DNA of 63,489 bases, counting the filler, from Octopus bimaculoides (taxonomy: Eukaryota), in assembly GCF_001194135.2 (NCBI RefSeq). It is 5 parts of 5 records of this genome, joined end to end, with 100 filler letters (N's around TTAATTAATTAA, not from the genome) between each part and the next. Parts side by side here need not be neighbours in the genome. Positions count along the whole stretch, not along the records: positions 62,174 to 63,489 come from NC_068992.1; 4 more parts are not named here. One strand, written 5' to 3'. Of the stretch, positions 62,074 through 63,489 are shown piece after piece (positions within the stretch are counted from its first letter, which is position 1; every line of letters begins with the position of its first letter). Under the pieces are notes generated by a model, which had not been told where the DNA came from, did not search any database, and worked only from the letters and a program-made list of their open reading frames with translations. The position numbers and the translations under genes are program-made.

Positions 62074-62173
62074 NNNNNNNNNNNNNNNNNNNNNNNNNNN
62101 NNNNNNNNNNNNNNNNNTTAATTAATTAANNNNNNNNNNNNNNNNNNNNNNNNNNNNNNNNNNNNNNNNNNNN

Positions 62174-62400
62174 TATATGTATATATTTGTGTTTGTCCCT
62201 CCACCATCTCTTGACAATCGATGACGGTATGTTTACGTCCCTGTAATCTAGCGGTTCGGCAAAAGAAACCGATAGAATAGGTACTAGGGTTACAAAGAAT
62301 AAGTCCAAGGGTCAGTTTCTTCGACTAAAAGGCGGTGCTCCAGTATGGCCGCAGTCAAAATAATTGAAACAAAAGGATAAAAGAATAAAAGAATAAAACA
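62174..62400 (+). mobile_element. SINE family A 3' half
   Basis: gtttgtccctccaccatc...ggttcggcaaaagaaaccgatagaatag...ggcggtgctccagtatggccgcagtc. Confidence 0.85.
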
Positions 62401-63299
62401 ATATTGTATGTATGTATGTATAAGGTCTGGGAATTGCAAGGTATAAAAATTAATATTTTATATCGTTTTCTCATTGTATTTCTAGGTCCAAGCTCTGCTA
62501 ATGAAACGAATAAAACAGGAGACACGAAGTTTTAAATGAAAATTCAAGAAATGTTTTCAAGAATCGTCTATGAATATATTTTTCATCTTAAACTAAATTT
62601 ACTTATATAACATTAAACATTATACCTTTTAAATAAATTACTTTTTGTACTTATCAATACAACAGCATGCAACCGAGAGACTATAATCCACAATCTTATT
62701 TTAACAAGCTTCACTGCCAGACTATTGTCTGAATATTATACTCTTTACCTACTTATTTTATGTTATTTTGAATTGAAAGTGTAGGATTGACTTTTTGTTT
62801 TATCTATATTTGTTCCTCCATAAAACACACCACCAAGTTGATGTGGAGATATGACCTTTTTGGTGTGTTTTTCCTTTTTTGTATTTTCCTTCTTCCTTTG
62901 TTTATATATGACGAGTCGCAAGAAACTTCCGACAATCGAATGGAATATTTTCATTGGTGTAAAACAGTACATGTATTTCAAGTTTAAAATATTAACAGTG
63001 ATCTTAAGCAGTATTTTATGAATATGGAAATTTGTTATCCAATGAACGTATGGGGTACAGGAACATGTTGTGATGCAATAATAAAGCCTATAAATTTCCA
63101 TACAAAAGTTATCATTGTTATTATTAGATTTATCCTAAGCTGAAAAGAGTTCCACAATGTATAACCATACCATCGGATTACCCTGAAAGATGAAATTAAC
63201 GGGTGGTAGACGACAAAGAGAAGCATTGGAGCTTTTATGAGTGCATTCTGTAGCTTCTACCCAAACAAAACTAAACGGATATAGCTGTGTATATATATA

Positions 63300-63445
63300 T
63301 GGGAGAATTTACGAAAAAAACAACAACAGACGAGGACAGGTGGTGTAAACAACAAAAGGATGTATCAGTTTAACGCTCGGGAATAGAGAAAGTCTTTAAC
63401 GTTTCGAGCTACGCTCTTCAACAGAAAGAAATAAGGAGAAAAAAA
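63300..63445 (-). mobile_element. Penelope-like terminal repeat with a non-canonical hammerhead fold (63393-63429)
   Basis: Minus strand: tcttt CTGTTGA a gagc gta gctc GAAA c g t t aaaga; homologous to 47555-47720; adjacent to (TA)n. Confidence 0.65.
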
Positions 63446-63489
63446 TCTAAATGTCGTGGTCAGCGATCTATCATGGCGACTATATATAT

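Overview
AT-rich, microsatellite-dense eukaryotic genomic DNA with many N gaps. The SINE, LINE and microsatellite content looks cephalopod (Octopus-like); this is my inference and was not verified by a search. I found no host protein-coding gene I can support: nearly all listed ORFs are microsatellite or N artefacts, or transposon relics. The window is most likely a large intron or intergenic stretch. It contains tRNA-headed SINEs of at least three families and decayed non-LTR fragments of several clades (Tx1/L1, two RLE-type including R4/Dong-like, CR1-group, two RTE). It also has mariner relics, hAT and Tc2/pogo-like MITEs, and several Penelope-like (PLE) terminal repeats. Best leads: (1) hammerhead-ribozyme folds in the PLE-like repeats, including a two-copy family with a non-canonical core and a compensatory stem I change, and a tandem double-hammerhead relic; (2) two SINE-LINE partnerships visible as shared 3' tails, one with an (ATT)n-associated Tx1-like LINE; (3) five tandem Tc2/pogo-like MITEs; (4) a templated-insertion repair scar inside a LINE; (5) a nested fold-back inversion and other near-perfect inverted repeats. 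Several assembly artefacts are flagged. Repeat boundaries were read by eye and are approximate unless exact motif coordinates are given.
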